From the NCBI GenBank assembly GCA_002633005.1, contig NMRA01000205.1:607273-671272 (forward strand): a DNA stretch of 64,000 nt, written 5' to 3'. Source of the stretch: Phoronis australis. Taxonomy: Eukaryota > Animalia > Phoronida. Made by a program: the position numbers and the translations under genes. The notes under the pieces were generated by a model. That model was not told the DNA's origin and ran no database searches. It saw only the letters and a list, made by a program, of their open reading frames with translations. Below, in pieces: positions 1 to 11,823 of the stretch. Numbering within the stretch: position 1 is the first letter of the stretch; each line of letters starts with the position of its first letter.

Positions 1-2018
1 TGACTTGACTAATGAAAGACTAGAACTACACTACGTGGCGCTAGTGAAGCAACAATCCTACCTGTATTACATTCAAGAGGTCACATGCCAGGTTTTCTCA
101 GTTCTCAGTGAAAACACCCTTTTCTCCCAAAATTATCGTCAAGATCAATCCCAGCCATGACAAAAACTTGTGACGCTCACAACACAGCTGTAAGTCTACA
201 GACATGGTTGTATTTGTATTTCTCATAGCTATTTGCAAAGCACGACCTAAGCTTTTAGCGAATTACACGGGACCTGTGAGGAAATACCACCCGACATGAA
301 CCACAATATCCAATCTATGACAGAAGGAGTATGAATTCCTAGTTAATTCCTGCTTTTATCTTTCAAGAGTGACACCAATAATGCATTAACCAGTGACAAC
401 AAGGACTGATTGAAATCATCAAAGCAGTGTTTAGTATCATTTTAAGGTTAGAATCACCTTTGCAAAACATTTTGGCTATTTGAGGCAATGGCAATGAGGG
501 GTGGTGACAGGGGTGAAATTGGTGGTAAAGAAGGGACTTTCCACCTCGACCAAAAATATTCCCATCTGAGAAGGCACAGACAGCTATCTCTTTAGGCTCA
601 ATGAAACATCAGTCCCATAATATTATTCATCATGACAGGATTTTATTTCCATTACCAACAAGAACATCAAAATCAGCAACTCGAGAAAATATTTGAGAAA
701 TCGAAAATGTAAGCATATTGCTCAAGGGGTTATAAGCCCTCCTCAATGGATCACAGACAGGCAACTGCAGCAGAAATGTTTGTTGTAAAATTTCTTTACT
801 GTCAGACAAAATTGTGAATTTCAAAAACACAAATTGATTGACAACAAAATTTATGGTCAATTAGTACTGGATGTCAGCCACAAATCTCGAGATCAACTTA
901 ATTTGAATGCGAATTTTGCATACAATGTTAGATTTACGGACTGCAAAATGCAAGGAAACAGTTAAGTAAAAAATTAGATGTCTAAAACTTGTTGATGCAA
1001 ACAAATGTCAAAAGCATGTACAGTTGCCCCATAATGATAGTACTTCAGTGATGGGTTCATCCAGATAAACTAGGTCACGAGACATGAGATGAGGGATGTA
1101 GACTCACGAGACACACATTTGTCCAGTTATTATCAGATAATGCCATAGTTTGCAGATAGTTATTTGTGCAGAAATCCTTTGTAGTGCCAATCAGTCCACA
1201 ACTGAGTCTGAGGCCTTGAGTGGTATTCTGATTTTGACAGCTGTTTGCACCCAGAGCTGGGCAATCTAAGAGACCCAAGTACTGTACCTTTTTAGAGAAC
1301 GGACAAAAAAGTACTGTAAAATCTTAAACAATTCAGTACACAACATGGCCGACAAGTGCAATTTTATTTTATCATTGTTTTGTCACGCAACATTTGGCAC
1401 CAGCAAATTAAATGGTGTTCCATGTTCAATATTTGTACCACAGCTACCATCGGACAAAATTTTGAAAAATTGTGGGAGCCACAACTGTTAGAGACCGTTT
1501 TCTCTTGGTATCTTTACCATCACAACACAGGTTAATACAAGCTGGCTGTCTCTTGTAGAGTCTTGTACAGGTCCTTGACTCCTATAACTTTTACCATCAC
1601 TACATCCCATTCAAGGTCCGCGGGTCCTAGTTGGCAGTGCTTCCTCAGTAAATCTTGTTTACCGACTTCGCCATTTGCAGAAATTAATTGCAGATCAGTT
1701 CGGTCAAAATGAAAATCGAACCACCGACCCCAATAAAACTGGCAAGCATAGTAACCACAAAACAGGGGCTCAGCCTGGATTTCAACTTCAACAACAGTGA
1801 TCCCTAAGTATCCGAATTTACCCTCAGGCTGTCCTCCTTCCAGGGACATGTACACCAGGTGCCAATTAACGTCTGGGATCTTAGCCAATCGATCAAATTC
1901 AAAGAACAATAGTCCAAGATTTTATATTTTGCCAAGACTCAAATCATCGTTATGCAATAATTAATAACAAATCAACACACCACTCTCACTCTCTCAGCTT
2001 TTGACAGACACTCTGTCT

Positions 2019-2071
2019 TAGGCAATGACCATCGCCTCTGTCGGGCCAACAGAGGCGATGGTCATTGCATA
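2019..2071. mobile_element. 53-bp hairpin mini-transposon (Mutator/foldback-like), 9-bp TSD
   Basis: taggcaatgaccatcgcctctg...cagaggcgatggtcattgcata is a near-perfect palindrome; flanked by actctgtct at 2010-2018 and 2072-2080; same termini as the element at 28361-31481. Confidence 0.85.
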
Positions 2072-2138
2072 ACTCTGTCTATGTCACTGGACAACTTGGC
2101 AACCTAATAGAACTGATAAAAACCTAAGACCCACTTAC

Positions 2139-2371
2139 TTTTATAGCAAATCCACGACAACATTAGTTAACAAGGGCGTACGCAATACAGAGACAGAACC
2201 TTTGACTACAGTAAACACCACAAATATAAATTGAAAGTGTACTGCAGCGATATGCTTGTAATGTAAGGAAGACGTGATTGAAACGACCCTGCCTGGCCTG
2301 AGAGTCCCGAGACGGATGGCAATGCAGCAGACACGATGAGCCAAACTGATCTCATCAGTCACTCTAACATA
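2139..2371 (-). other. possible 5'UTR exon of a minus-strand gene whose CDS lies left of the window
   Basis: minus strand: acceptor tttattttcag| before 2371 and donor |gtaagt after 2139; another donor-like gg|gtgagt near 2879; contains a 49-aa ATG ORF (2355-2206) with no recognisable homology. Confidence 0.25.
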
Positions 2372-3229
2372 CTGAAAATAAAGAGTCGTTGGAATGGTTC
2401 AGTACCTTCCAGGCCTTATGCCATACAGTCTCCGCAAAACAAAGATACAATTTTTCGTATAAGGCCTACTTTCTATTCTCTTGCGTTTTGTCTAGTCGCT
2501 TCAAAGAATCACGAAATTTATGTGACCTACTTTGCAACGCGTCTGACAGCAGATGGCGCTACAAAAATATGACGGGCACCGTAAATACTCAATAAAATAC
2601 CCAGGAAAATTAACTGATAGTACCGGAGTTTTCCACATACAAACCTAGACGTCTTCACCACCTAGCACCCACGACAGTGGCACTGCTCCGGACGGGACGA
2701 CTGGATGCACAGTAAATAATTCCCAATGCTCATTTCACGCAGCTTTGCTCAGTTTTGAGCTACCATAAAAAATTAAAATCCAAACAGATTCCGTAAGGTT
2801 GTGCATTTTGTTGTATACTTGGGAACCCAATGGTCGTCCGCCTAATTAAGCATAAAACCGGCTTGTTGTCGTACTCACCCAATTATTCCACTCCAAAGTT
2901 ATGCTCTGAATAGGATTTTATTTAACTCTCACAAATACATAGTATTCGTTGATTCAAACGTTTTCTTTTACTTATGCCGAGTTGTTTCAACTGTGGACTG
3001 CTTTTCGGCAGCCAATGTATAATGACACCTATGGTCGTCATATGCTGCCGCCTTCTGAAAGAACAGTAAACCACATAGAAAAAGGCCAAAAAAATAGTGG
3101 AAAGTGGTTTACAGCAATTCTACTTCAACCACAAACTGTTTTACTAGTATGATATCGATTTTTAAATCGATTAAAATTGACTTAGAATTTCAGTTCTGGA
3201 AAATGAATCGCAATTGTTTTATTCCAGAT

Positions 3230-3507
3230 AGGCCTTACTTATTTTGTATTTGTGACCTTTTTATTTGACTTTTTGCTCTTATTGTTCTTAACACCACTTA
3301 TATCTGCTGTCCTTCTTTTTCTTTTCAGTTTCTTTTCATTCTCTGTTCTTTAACACCTTGTCAGCCAAAACAGAACTGTAACCCTTTGAGACTTTGATCA
3401 TTGAACCTCGATACAATTGTTCTAATATATTACCCAGTATGGTATTGTTTGATTTTTTCTCACCTTTAACTGGCTTCTGCAATCATAAATAAATAAATAA
3501 ATAAATA
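3230..3507 (+). mobile_element. probable 3' end of a LINE/SINE with (TAAA)n tail
   Basis: T-rich 3'UTR-like tract ending in tandem taaa repeats at ~3486-3507. Confidence 0.35.
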
Positions 3508-3821
3508 CCCAAGTTGCATTTGCATTTTATTGCTCAATTTCTTCTTTTATTTTTGATTATGTCATGCTGTGTTGTATGTAACAGTGCAATATAGTGAAAT
3601 AAAGTCAATGTTTTACTTTATTGGTGGCCATTCTCTGCCAATTCAAGTTTTTTAATTTTCTTCAGATATATCCAGAATGCCTGAACCAAAAATTTCAACA
3701 TAAATGATGAGCTCAGTACTGTGTTTTGCAATAAAAAACAAGTGGATAATATTTTGATGACCAATGCGTGGGCCGAAACTGTTAAGCACCCAGCGTGTTG
3801 CATTTGTCTGCTGCGTTTTTC

Positions 3822-3895
3822 TATGGGCGGTGTACCACAGGGGGCCCGGGGAGCTATAGCCCCCCACACTTTCTTCAGTGCTGCGCAGCCCATGC
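3822..3895. mobile_element. ~72-bp MITE, second copy at 18718-18790
   Basis: atgggcggtgtaccacagggg...ttcagtgctgcgcagcccat aligns by eye to 18718-18790; inverted termini. Confidence 0.55.
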
Positions 3896-3908
3896 AATAG
3901 GGTATGGG

Positions 3909-3965
3909 TAGGCAATGACCATCGCCTCTGTTGGTCGGGCCAACAGAGGCGATGGTCATTGCCTA
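3909..3965. mobile_element. 57-bp hairpin mini-transposon (Mutator/foldback-like), 9-bp TSD
   Basis: taggcaatgaccatcgcctctgttgg...ccaacagaggcgatggtcattgccta palindrome; TSD gggtatggg at 3900-3908 and 3966-3974. Confidence 0.9.
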
Positions 3966-4113
3966 GGGTATGGGTAGATTTTATCCTCCATCAGTGTTAT
4001 GAACCCTCTTTCAAATGGGTGTGGGGCGTAATTCTAGCTCCTGATATAAATATGGGTATCATTTTTTCCAAAGAATCACATACACCTCAGACTTTAGAAG
4101 CTAAGTCACAATC

Positions 4114-4274
4114 CAGTGGTGGATTTAGAGGGGGGCCAAGGGGGCCGTGGCTCCCCCTTAAAATTCTCCCAGATTCCATTAAGCAGTTCGTGGGTGCGAA
4201 TGTCTGACGAGCAAAATCCTGGCATATACTTTGCCCTGGCCCCCCCTAACTCAAAATCCTGGATCCGCCCACTA
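4114..4274. mobile_element. MITE with CAGTGG-type ends; 3' part matches 17600-17690 in reverse
   Basis: cagtggtggatttag...cctggatccgcccacta; reverse complement of ~4185-4272 matches caggggcgcatccaggattttgagttagggggg... at 17600. Confidence 0.55.
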
Positions 4275-5307
4275 CCCTAAAACGCTAACTTCCCTGGCCA
4301 TTAGTTGTGGTCTTGTGATTGTAAACGCGCAGGTGTGAGAACGAACATACGTGTTTATTGGAACCAATTTCGTAATGCGGGTTTTTATTATTGGCCGATT
4401 ACACTGAGAACCTAGTCGAACGCTGACAATCATCTGCTTACCGGTTTGAATTTAAAAATATTTTCATAGCTTATTACGCCGTACGTACATGTATGACGAT
4501 CCGGTTTGACAGAAACTAAAAAAATGTTTTAAATTCTGTATTTTATCACATTAATTTCATGCACGCCTGCACTGTTCCTTATTTACACCTGTTTACATCG
4601 ACATTGAAGAATTTTATTGAAAACTAACTGCATTGATAAATCTAAATTTCCAGTGTCGATCTGAACATAAGGGGCATTTGTTCAATGCTTGGTGCTCTAA
4701 CATCCGATGGGACCCATTTCTTTCAAACGGTTCGTTTAAATTTACTAACAAGCTAATGAAAAGAAATAAAGCCAACAGGACATAAGAACATGAAAATGCA
4801 TTTTATGTATAATTTAGTCTACACACAGAATACGACAAATGGCCTATGCGCGAGGTCAACACCAAATGACCGGAAATTGTTTTTAGTTTTTTACAAGGGT
4901 TGCACGTGCGCTCCCCTGTTCTAAGAAACTCTGCTGTTCATAAGCGTATGAGAAGTAATGACTGAGTCCCCCAACGAATGCTTTTCCGGAAACACACGGG
5001 CAATGTGTTCTTCACCTTGGTCTGGGAGTTTCGGGGTGGACCGTTTGTATGAATTGAACATTTGCCGAAACCTAGATATCACTGACATAATGCAAACTAA
5101 AGTCACGTTTTGTTCTTTTGTAGAGCATCTTAAACATTTCCAAAAAATAATATATTCTGTGCGGCACACTAAAATTTGTCTTGCGACACTTCATGTAAGT
5201 GCACAGAAGAAGAGTTATCATCGTGCAACCATGGTTACGCAATGAATTAGGTGTGTATGTATGAGTCATGCCGGCCTGAATCAGATGAATGAGGTTTTCA
5301 AGGCCAG

Positions 5308-5459
5308 GCGTGCGTTCAGTAGACGCTAGGACCTACGCTAGGACCTAACTAAAACGTAGTCAAAGTCACGTGTTCTTATTTAAAATGCTCGGTAATATCT
5401 CACGTAATCTCGCGAAGTCTTGCTTTTTATCGAGGTCCTAGCGTTAATGAACGGGAGGC
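5308..5459. mobile_element. ~150-bp MITE-like inverted-repeat element
   Basis: cgttcagtagacgctaggacct ... aggtcctagcgttaatgaacg imperfect terminal inverted repeat. Confidence 0.45.
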
Positions 5460-5699
5460 AATTTCCCTACTAAACAGCACCACTCCCGATTTATATCTGG
5501 CTCAAAAGGGATCACTGGGTAAATAACTCTGCTCTCTTTTTCCAACATACCCTGCAGAAAGGTTTCATATTTAGTTAAATTTTTAAGTTTGTACTAATTT
5601 GACTTAGCCTGAAAGGTTGCTTATTGACTTGAAATGTAATAAACAAGCCTTTTGGAGGGGTAATGTGGGTTAAAATGTCTACATCATGGTAACAGAATT

Positions 5700-6560
5700 C
5701 TTCGCGCAAGTTCTCAAAAAAGTAAATCAAATTTGGACATTTTCAAAGCTCCTATATAACCTTAATAGCTAAATAACGTATGGGGGTTTCACGTAATACC
5801 GTAAAACAACTCACAATTCCCCGCAAGTTCACGAAGATTCCAGTGCCCGGTTGCATGAAACACTGAGGCCCAAATAGAGACTTGGCAATGTTCTTTATCT
5901 TTTCACCCCACTTGTGGATTTGTGAAACACTGATTGTCCTTTCTTCTGCTGCTTTGTTTTCATTACTAAGATTATTTTTTGGCTCTGGTACGCACTCAGC
6001 TGAGCGCACTGGACGTCGAATTCCAGGGAACTTTTCCTGCAACGCCCCTAATTTAAGGTTATACAGGACCATGTCGACAAGTTTGCACATTGTGACAAAC
6101 ATCTACAAAACTATAGAGTTTAACTCGACATAAGTATATATTTTCTGAAAGCAGAAATCCCTCAGAACTCGATTCTTGACTTTATAACAATCTGCCACTA
6201 ATTAGATCACTTGACCTTAAATTTAGGAAAATTTAGCGAAAGAGACGTGTAAATTCATAGCAAAACAACAGGATCAAAGACATTACCAAAAATTAATAAA
6301 ATCGCAAAACGCTTTTACAGTTTTCCGTAGCGTTTCGTTTTCGTTTTATGCAACTATAAAATAATTTTTATTTGTGACAGACCCTCGCGGAACATTTCAA
6401 AAACAATTCCTAAAAAGTATTTGGAGAACAGTGTATATAAGCATATCTGAAAGTCCATGGGAATCCGACCAGCAATTTTTGGGATACGGTGTTCGGTAGT
6501 TAGCCAGGATCGTACATTTTTCTAGGGTCATACTAACGGTCCCTATTTATTTCCAATGAA
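5700..6560. repeat. interspersed repeat (non-autonomous DNA transposon-like), related copy inverted at ~21130-22030
   Basis: shared blocks aaaacgcttttacagttttccgt, gtgtatataagcatatctgaaagt and ttttctaggg occur reverse-complemented in 21130-22030; boundaries approximate. Confidence 0.4.
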
Positions 6561-7149
6561 ACAAGGGTTCCGTTTTTAGATTAATTATTAGAAAAAAGGC
6601 ATCGAGTCAAAGAGGAGCACGAAATTAAGATAAAATGATAGAAAAACATATTATTCGTAATAAACAAAGACACAAACATGCAGTAGATTTGGGTAATTTA
6701 ACTGAGTCCTAGTTGGGACTGTTTTGGGTAACTGAGCACAGGTCAGCTCAGTAAAACAGAAATGATCGGGCATTGAGAAACTAAGTGTGGATGACTTAGA
6801 AAGTTATGAGTTCGTGAGAGGAAATCAACTTGAAGGCAAGTAGACATAAGTTTGCACTATTATTTTAATCCTGTCCCTTGAAAGTTTCATGAACCAACAA
6901 GACGAGTAAACAGTTTAAAATTTTAATTAAAAATTCGACATGAATTACAAATTGACCTGATAAGGTGTATAGTTGAGTTGAGACTGTCGAAGCCACTCTC
7001 GATCGTTTACCTAGCGCCAACGGCCACTGTAGAGTATTATCTCATATCTTTCAATTACACATTTTCAAGTTGACTAGCTTCTTAAAACCGAATGATCTCG
7101 AGCTTAGTCTGGGACAACTGTCATACACAAAACAAAGAGAGAGACCTAG

Positions 7150-7796
7150 TGACAAAGATCAACAGTCTGGCCGCCGGGAAATTTCCAACTCTACGTCACA
7201 ATGCCCACGCCTGAATATAATAGCCGCCCTGGTGTTGCGAAGCCATACTAGTGTATAACGGCCGGATTGTTTTGCCTACGCCAATTAACAGCCACTAAAT
7301 GTTTCAAAAATTTATCATCATTCAGGAACGAATTTTGAATAGCTCCTAAAACCGGACAGTCCGGCTATAGCTTCTGAATTTGTATAAACTTTGTGCGACT
7401 GTAATTAATGCAAAGCAAAAGTGAAAGACCACCAACAGTGGCACAGACGGACGGAAATTTCCCAACTACGTCACACGGGAGTCACAGTACCCTCCCTCAA
7501 AGGTGCATAGCCTAGATAAGGGGCCAACTGTGCGGTTGTCTTATGTACCACCAGATATTATGGAGATATTGTTTTAAAACACAGATACGTGTGTGTGCAT
7601 GTGTGTGTGTTACGTGAAACTTACAATGAACTTTTTAAGATTGATGCACAAGTTTAGCTTGTCGCGGACGTTTACAGGTGAGGGTACCCAGCTGTACAGA
7701 CATTGAGTGATACTCGATGTATGGCTTGTCACTTTGCCTTTTGTCTGGGTCTCGATAACAATTGGGGAGAGAGATAAAAATAGCCTGGAATTTCCC
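7150..7796 (+). promoter_or_regulatory. cluster of NF-kB-like sites with CRE half-sites and an IRF-like motif upstream of the LRAT-domain gene
   Basis: gggaaatttcc 7176-7186, ggaaatttccc 7453-7463, ggaatttccc 7787-7796; tacgtcac follows the first two; aaaagtgaaag 7417-7427. Confidence 0.55.
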
Positions 7797-7879
7797 GACA
7801 TTTGCCAATAAATATTTGATCCCGGTCGCTGCACCAGCAGTTCAAAACATGCAATCAACGTTGACTAAAAACAGATACT

Positions 7880-9121
7880 ATGGGGAACAAGCAAGGTAAA
7901 TCGACAAGTTCGGCTTCAGAACTTTCCCATGAATCTACAGAAAATGAGACTCATGGGACACTGCAACCACACGAGTTCGATGAAGAACCACAAACTTCAA
8001 ATTTGGGTGATATTTCTGAGATCAACTGGGAAGTGACCGACTTTGACTTTACGACAAACTTTGATTCGGATGGCTGTCCATATAGTCACGAACTGCCTGA
8101 TTTATACTACTTCTACTACGAGAAAGAAACAAGAAGAAAACATCTGATATGTGAAGGTCACCATGAAGGATGCGGTTTCATTAAGACTATTGACGACGTT
8201 GACCAGTTCACGGACAATATCGCGTCCACCGCAATCACCGAGGACTGCTGGCATGGACTGAAACCAGGAGAGCACTTGAAGTTTTACAACCTTGAGGGTG
8301 ACTATTGGCATCACGCCTTATTCGAGTATTATGACAGTCAAACTCGTAAATTTTTAGTCACACATTATAGTAACGAAGCGGGCGAAGCCATCCGAAGCTT
8401 AGCACGTGCGTCATCTTCGAAAGCCTCACCGTATAAAGCAAGTGTGCGGACCGAATGGCAACAGGTCTCCCCAAAGGAAGCAGTTTACCGAGAGAATTAT
8501 GCTAGAAACGATTGCTTTGATCCTCAGACGTGTCTGAAGAGAGCTTACAGTCGACTTGGAGAAAAAGCGTATAACGTTTTCTTTCTAAACTGTGAGCATT
8601 TCGTGCGGTGGGCGAAACAAGACCGCCAGATGAGTTCACAAGTGAAGGACTTGGTGATACAAAAGAGAAACCGGATGTGTGCCATGGTCGGCCATAAGGG
8701 GGCACGCGCCATCCGCGAGCTCTTGAAATTCGCGCTTGGTAAGTTTTTACCAACAACTTGCAGTCGAGTCCTCGCCGAAAGTCTGTCAGTGTTCGCGTCG
8801 GTTGGCATCGAAATAACGATGATTGTTGTGGAAGTGCGAAAACAGTATAAACGCTACGGGGCTGGTGAAATAACCTTTGACGAGTTGCGTACTTTCATAG
8901 TAAAACGCATCACAGAATCGTTTGCACAGTGCGGAGCTTGCATTACTGGAACAATAATAGGCGGGGTAGTAACAGCGAATCCCTTAGGGGCTATAATAGG
9001 GGGTATCCTAGGATGTTTGATAGGTGCATTCGGCGGCATGGCGCTGAGTGCCATCGTCAGCGCCACTGTAAATTCTCTAATATCTAGACATCGAAAAGAG
9101 AGCGTTTGCCTCGCTCAGTAG
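7880..9121 (+). CDS. LRAT/NlpC-P60 domain protein (PLAAT/HRASLS-like phospholipase/acyltransferase) with C-terminal glycine-zipper membrane segment, 413 aa, intronless CDS
   Basis: 413-codon ORF; motifs YWHHALF, VTHY and YNVFFLNCEHF (H-H-C catalytic arrangement of the LRAT family); N-terminal MGNKQGKS (myristoylation-like); GxxxG repeats GAIIGGILGCLIGAFGG. Confidence 0.85.
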   Translation: MGNKQGKSTSSASELSHESTENETHGTLQPHEFDEEPQTSNLGDISEINWEVTDFDFTTNFDSDGCPYSHELPDLYYFYYEKETRRKHLICEGHHEGCGFIKTIDDVDQFTDNIASTAITEDCWHGLKPGEHLKFYNLEGDYWHHALFEYYDSQTRKFLVTHYSNEAGEAIRSLARASSSKASPYKASVRTEWQQVSPKEAVYRENYARNDCFDPQTCLKRAYSRLGEKAYNVFFLNCEHFVRWAKQDRQMSSQVKDLVIQKRNRMCAMVGHKGARAIRELLKFALGKFLPTTCSRVLAESLSVFASVGIEITMIVVEVRKQYKRYGAGEITFDELRTFIVKRITESFAQCGACITGTIIGGVVTANPLGAIIGGILGCLIGAFGGMALSAIVSATVNSLISRHRKESVCLAQ

Positions 9122-10149
9122 GCCTAGTTTCACGACCAGTATTATACGAACTTTTTTCGTTTATGTTTTGATATTTGTTGCTGATTACCACGATTCATTC
9201 TGTCGAGCTTTTGCAGACAATCTTGTAAAATTTGAAGGTGATGGCAATACATTATTACTCACCTATTATCTCTCTACAGTTGACCTTGTTACAGTTTTTA
9301 TTGGTCATCTTTACATATATTATATATATACACATAATTATTTATTTATTTATTTATCTATTTTATTATTATTATTGCATTGTACTTTTAATTACTAATT
9401 TAAGCCAACTTTCGTTCTCTTTTTCTTTAACGGAAACAGAGTTTGGGACATATGTCGAACATAAAACTACTACTTGTTCGCTAATCACAGTACGTATGCA
9501 AAACGCAACTTGGAAATCTGATTTTATTGCAAAATTCAATTATTACCAAAAACTAAAATTGAGATTCTGAGTTGCACACAGAATTCAATTTTCGGTTTTG
9601 CGTTTTGGAAATCGAATTAAAGGATTGAACTGAATATATAACGCTGAGCTGCGAGAAAAAAAAATAAATTTGAAGAAATACGACGAAACTACTTTCCTAC
9701 ATTCGAATACGCACTTGGTACGGAGTCCAGGGTCAATGCACGCAAATTTAGAAGGTTCAATAAACTTGTCCAACTCCTCAGTCGAGGCTGTGCGAGTAAT
9801 ACATTTACTTTATGTAACAGGTCCCCTGTCCATTTTACAAACATAACGTGTACAGGATATCTAAACCAAAATTTAAAATAAATCGTTTCTTCATAATAAA
9901 ATGCAAAGCCCGAAAGCACAAAAACCGCGCCTAAGCGACACAGAAAGGCTGAGGAAAAACATTGTTCATAATTATTTATGGGAATCAATTATGCTTGAAC
10001 ACGTGACGAACTATATTGCAGAGTAAGACGTGGATTTTTGAGTAATGTCTCATTTAACTTACAAAATATAATGCAATGGGCTCAGCAAGTTGGGCATAGC
10101 AAAAAGGCGAGTGCACAGAAATTCCTAGAGCCGAGAGTAATTTATCACT

Positions 10150-10557
10150 TAACACACATTGTCGCTGACAATATTTGTTGAGTGATACATAATATGCAGG
10201 CCTGTAGGAAGGAAAGTTATTGCGGGGGAGGGCACGAACCAGTTCGATATCGCCAAACTTACCCCCCCCCCCCCCATCCTCAGGATGCCGCCATATAGAT
10301 ACCGAACCCTCCACGTCCTCCATAGGTGGGGGGCAGCATCCATCAGCATTTGAGTAACCCGTGACCCAACAAAGTTTCACGGAGAGTAAGAATGGGCCTA
10401 GGGCCAGCGCACTGACTGGTAGCTGGGAGCTGCTTCAAGTAACTGTAGCTGAGGTCTAACAGTGTGAAAACACGAAATTCGATGAACCAAGCAACTTAAG
10501 CTCGTATCTGTTCGTCTGCATTGGCAAGTAAGTAAGTAAAGTAAGTAAGAAAGTAAG
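10150..10557 (+). mobile_element. probable SINE/truncated non-LTR retroelement with (AAGT)n tail
   Basis: GC-richer block ending in gcaagtaagtaagtaaagtaagtaagaaagtaag at ~10524-10557; 5' boundary uncertain. Confidence 0.4.
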
Positions 10558-11040
10558 GTCAAGATTATGTCAGTGACGGATCCAGCTTGGTGAAGAGTTC
10601 GTTTTATTATGGTCATTCTTTGAAAACGTGAAGTCCCGAGGTTCGTGGTATAGTGCCTTTGGGACTGTTTCAAAATCCCTTCGTGAAACACGGCCGCTAG
10701 TCCAATTTATGGTGGCTGGGGAAAATGATACAGAGTGCGTCCCAAAAATGTACACACTTCAACGATTGGAATTCAGATCCTGTTGATCACTCATATTCTG
10801 TGCGGTCCTACTGCACGGTAACATCTTATTTTTAACGTGGGTGTGTCAGTCATGACGCGCTCTGTCTATGTAATATGCACGGAAAAGGCAAGCCAACGAT
10901 TCAATTTTTAAGAACAAAATTTCATTGCGCAATACTACTGGACACTAAAAACATCAATCAAGCAAGTGCAAAGACAACATTTCCAAGTTAATAAGCAATG
11001 AGTTTAATTTTTTTATTTAAGGACTTAAGCTTCTTTTTCG

Positions 11041-11720
11041 ATCTACGGTTTGTGAATTTAAACCACTAATCTAGGCCTAGATCAATAAACGATTTATTGC
11101 CGATTTGAATTGTGAGAATGATTTTGGTACACTTTGTAGAGCTGTCCGACATTCATCAGTATCCTTGATACTTATTTTAGAAAATCGTTCAGTGTACTTT
11201 GCTATAGATCGAAATTTCCTAATGTCAGCTTGCAATTAAGTTTAGTAAAGTATCGCCATTTCTTACAAGATAAGCTTCTAATTGTCAAAAAAATCATCTA
11301 TCTATTTTCGTACATACATAAACGTGTAAATCAGAAGCCAACAATCGATTTCATGAGCAATGCGTTTACCTTGATTTTGATCTCCTGTTTGTGAGTTAAA
11401 TCGACAAATCTCGTACCTTATTCAAAAAAGCAATGCATTTATTATCATTTGAATTGTGAGTATATTTTTGGGAACTGTCTGAATTTCATCAATGTCTTTG
11501 AGAGATATTTTAGATAAGCAAAAATCGCCAAAGTGTACTTTAACATATGGAGACCGGATTATAGTTTTTTCCAACTTCAGGCTGCAACTAAATTCACTGA
11601 AACATCATCAATTTGTTTAAGAATAGCTTTTAATTGCCAAAAATAATCAATCTGTCGATTTTCGTAGATACAAGTTCGTAGATACATAAAAATGTAAATC
11701 AGAAACCAACGAATTTGTTT
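11041..11720. repeat. diverged tandem duplication, ~340-bp unit
   Basis: paired blocks tttgaattgtgag (11104/11448) and tacataaa..gtaaatcagaa.ccaac (11315/11683). Confidence 0.6.
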
Positions 11721-11823
11721 ATCTAAACGGAATGCTATAAGCAATTCCGCAGGCATGCTCGCAGATTTTAGACGGGTAACCGGGGGAACATGGGAGATGG
11801 GGCATTCGTATTAAGGGGTATTT

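Noticed and set aside
1532-1909. 125-aa minus-strand ORF
   Set aside because: No recognisable motif and no convincing splice sites; could not be linked to a gene.
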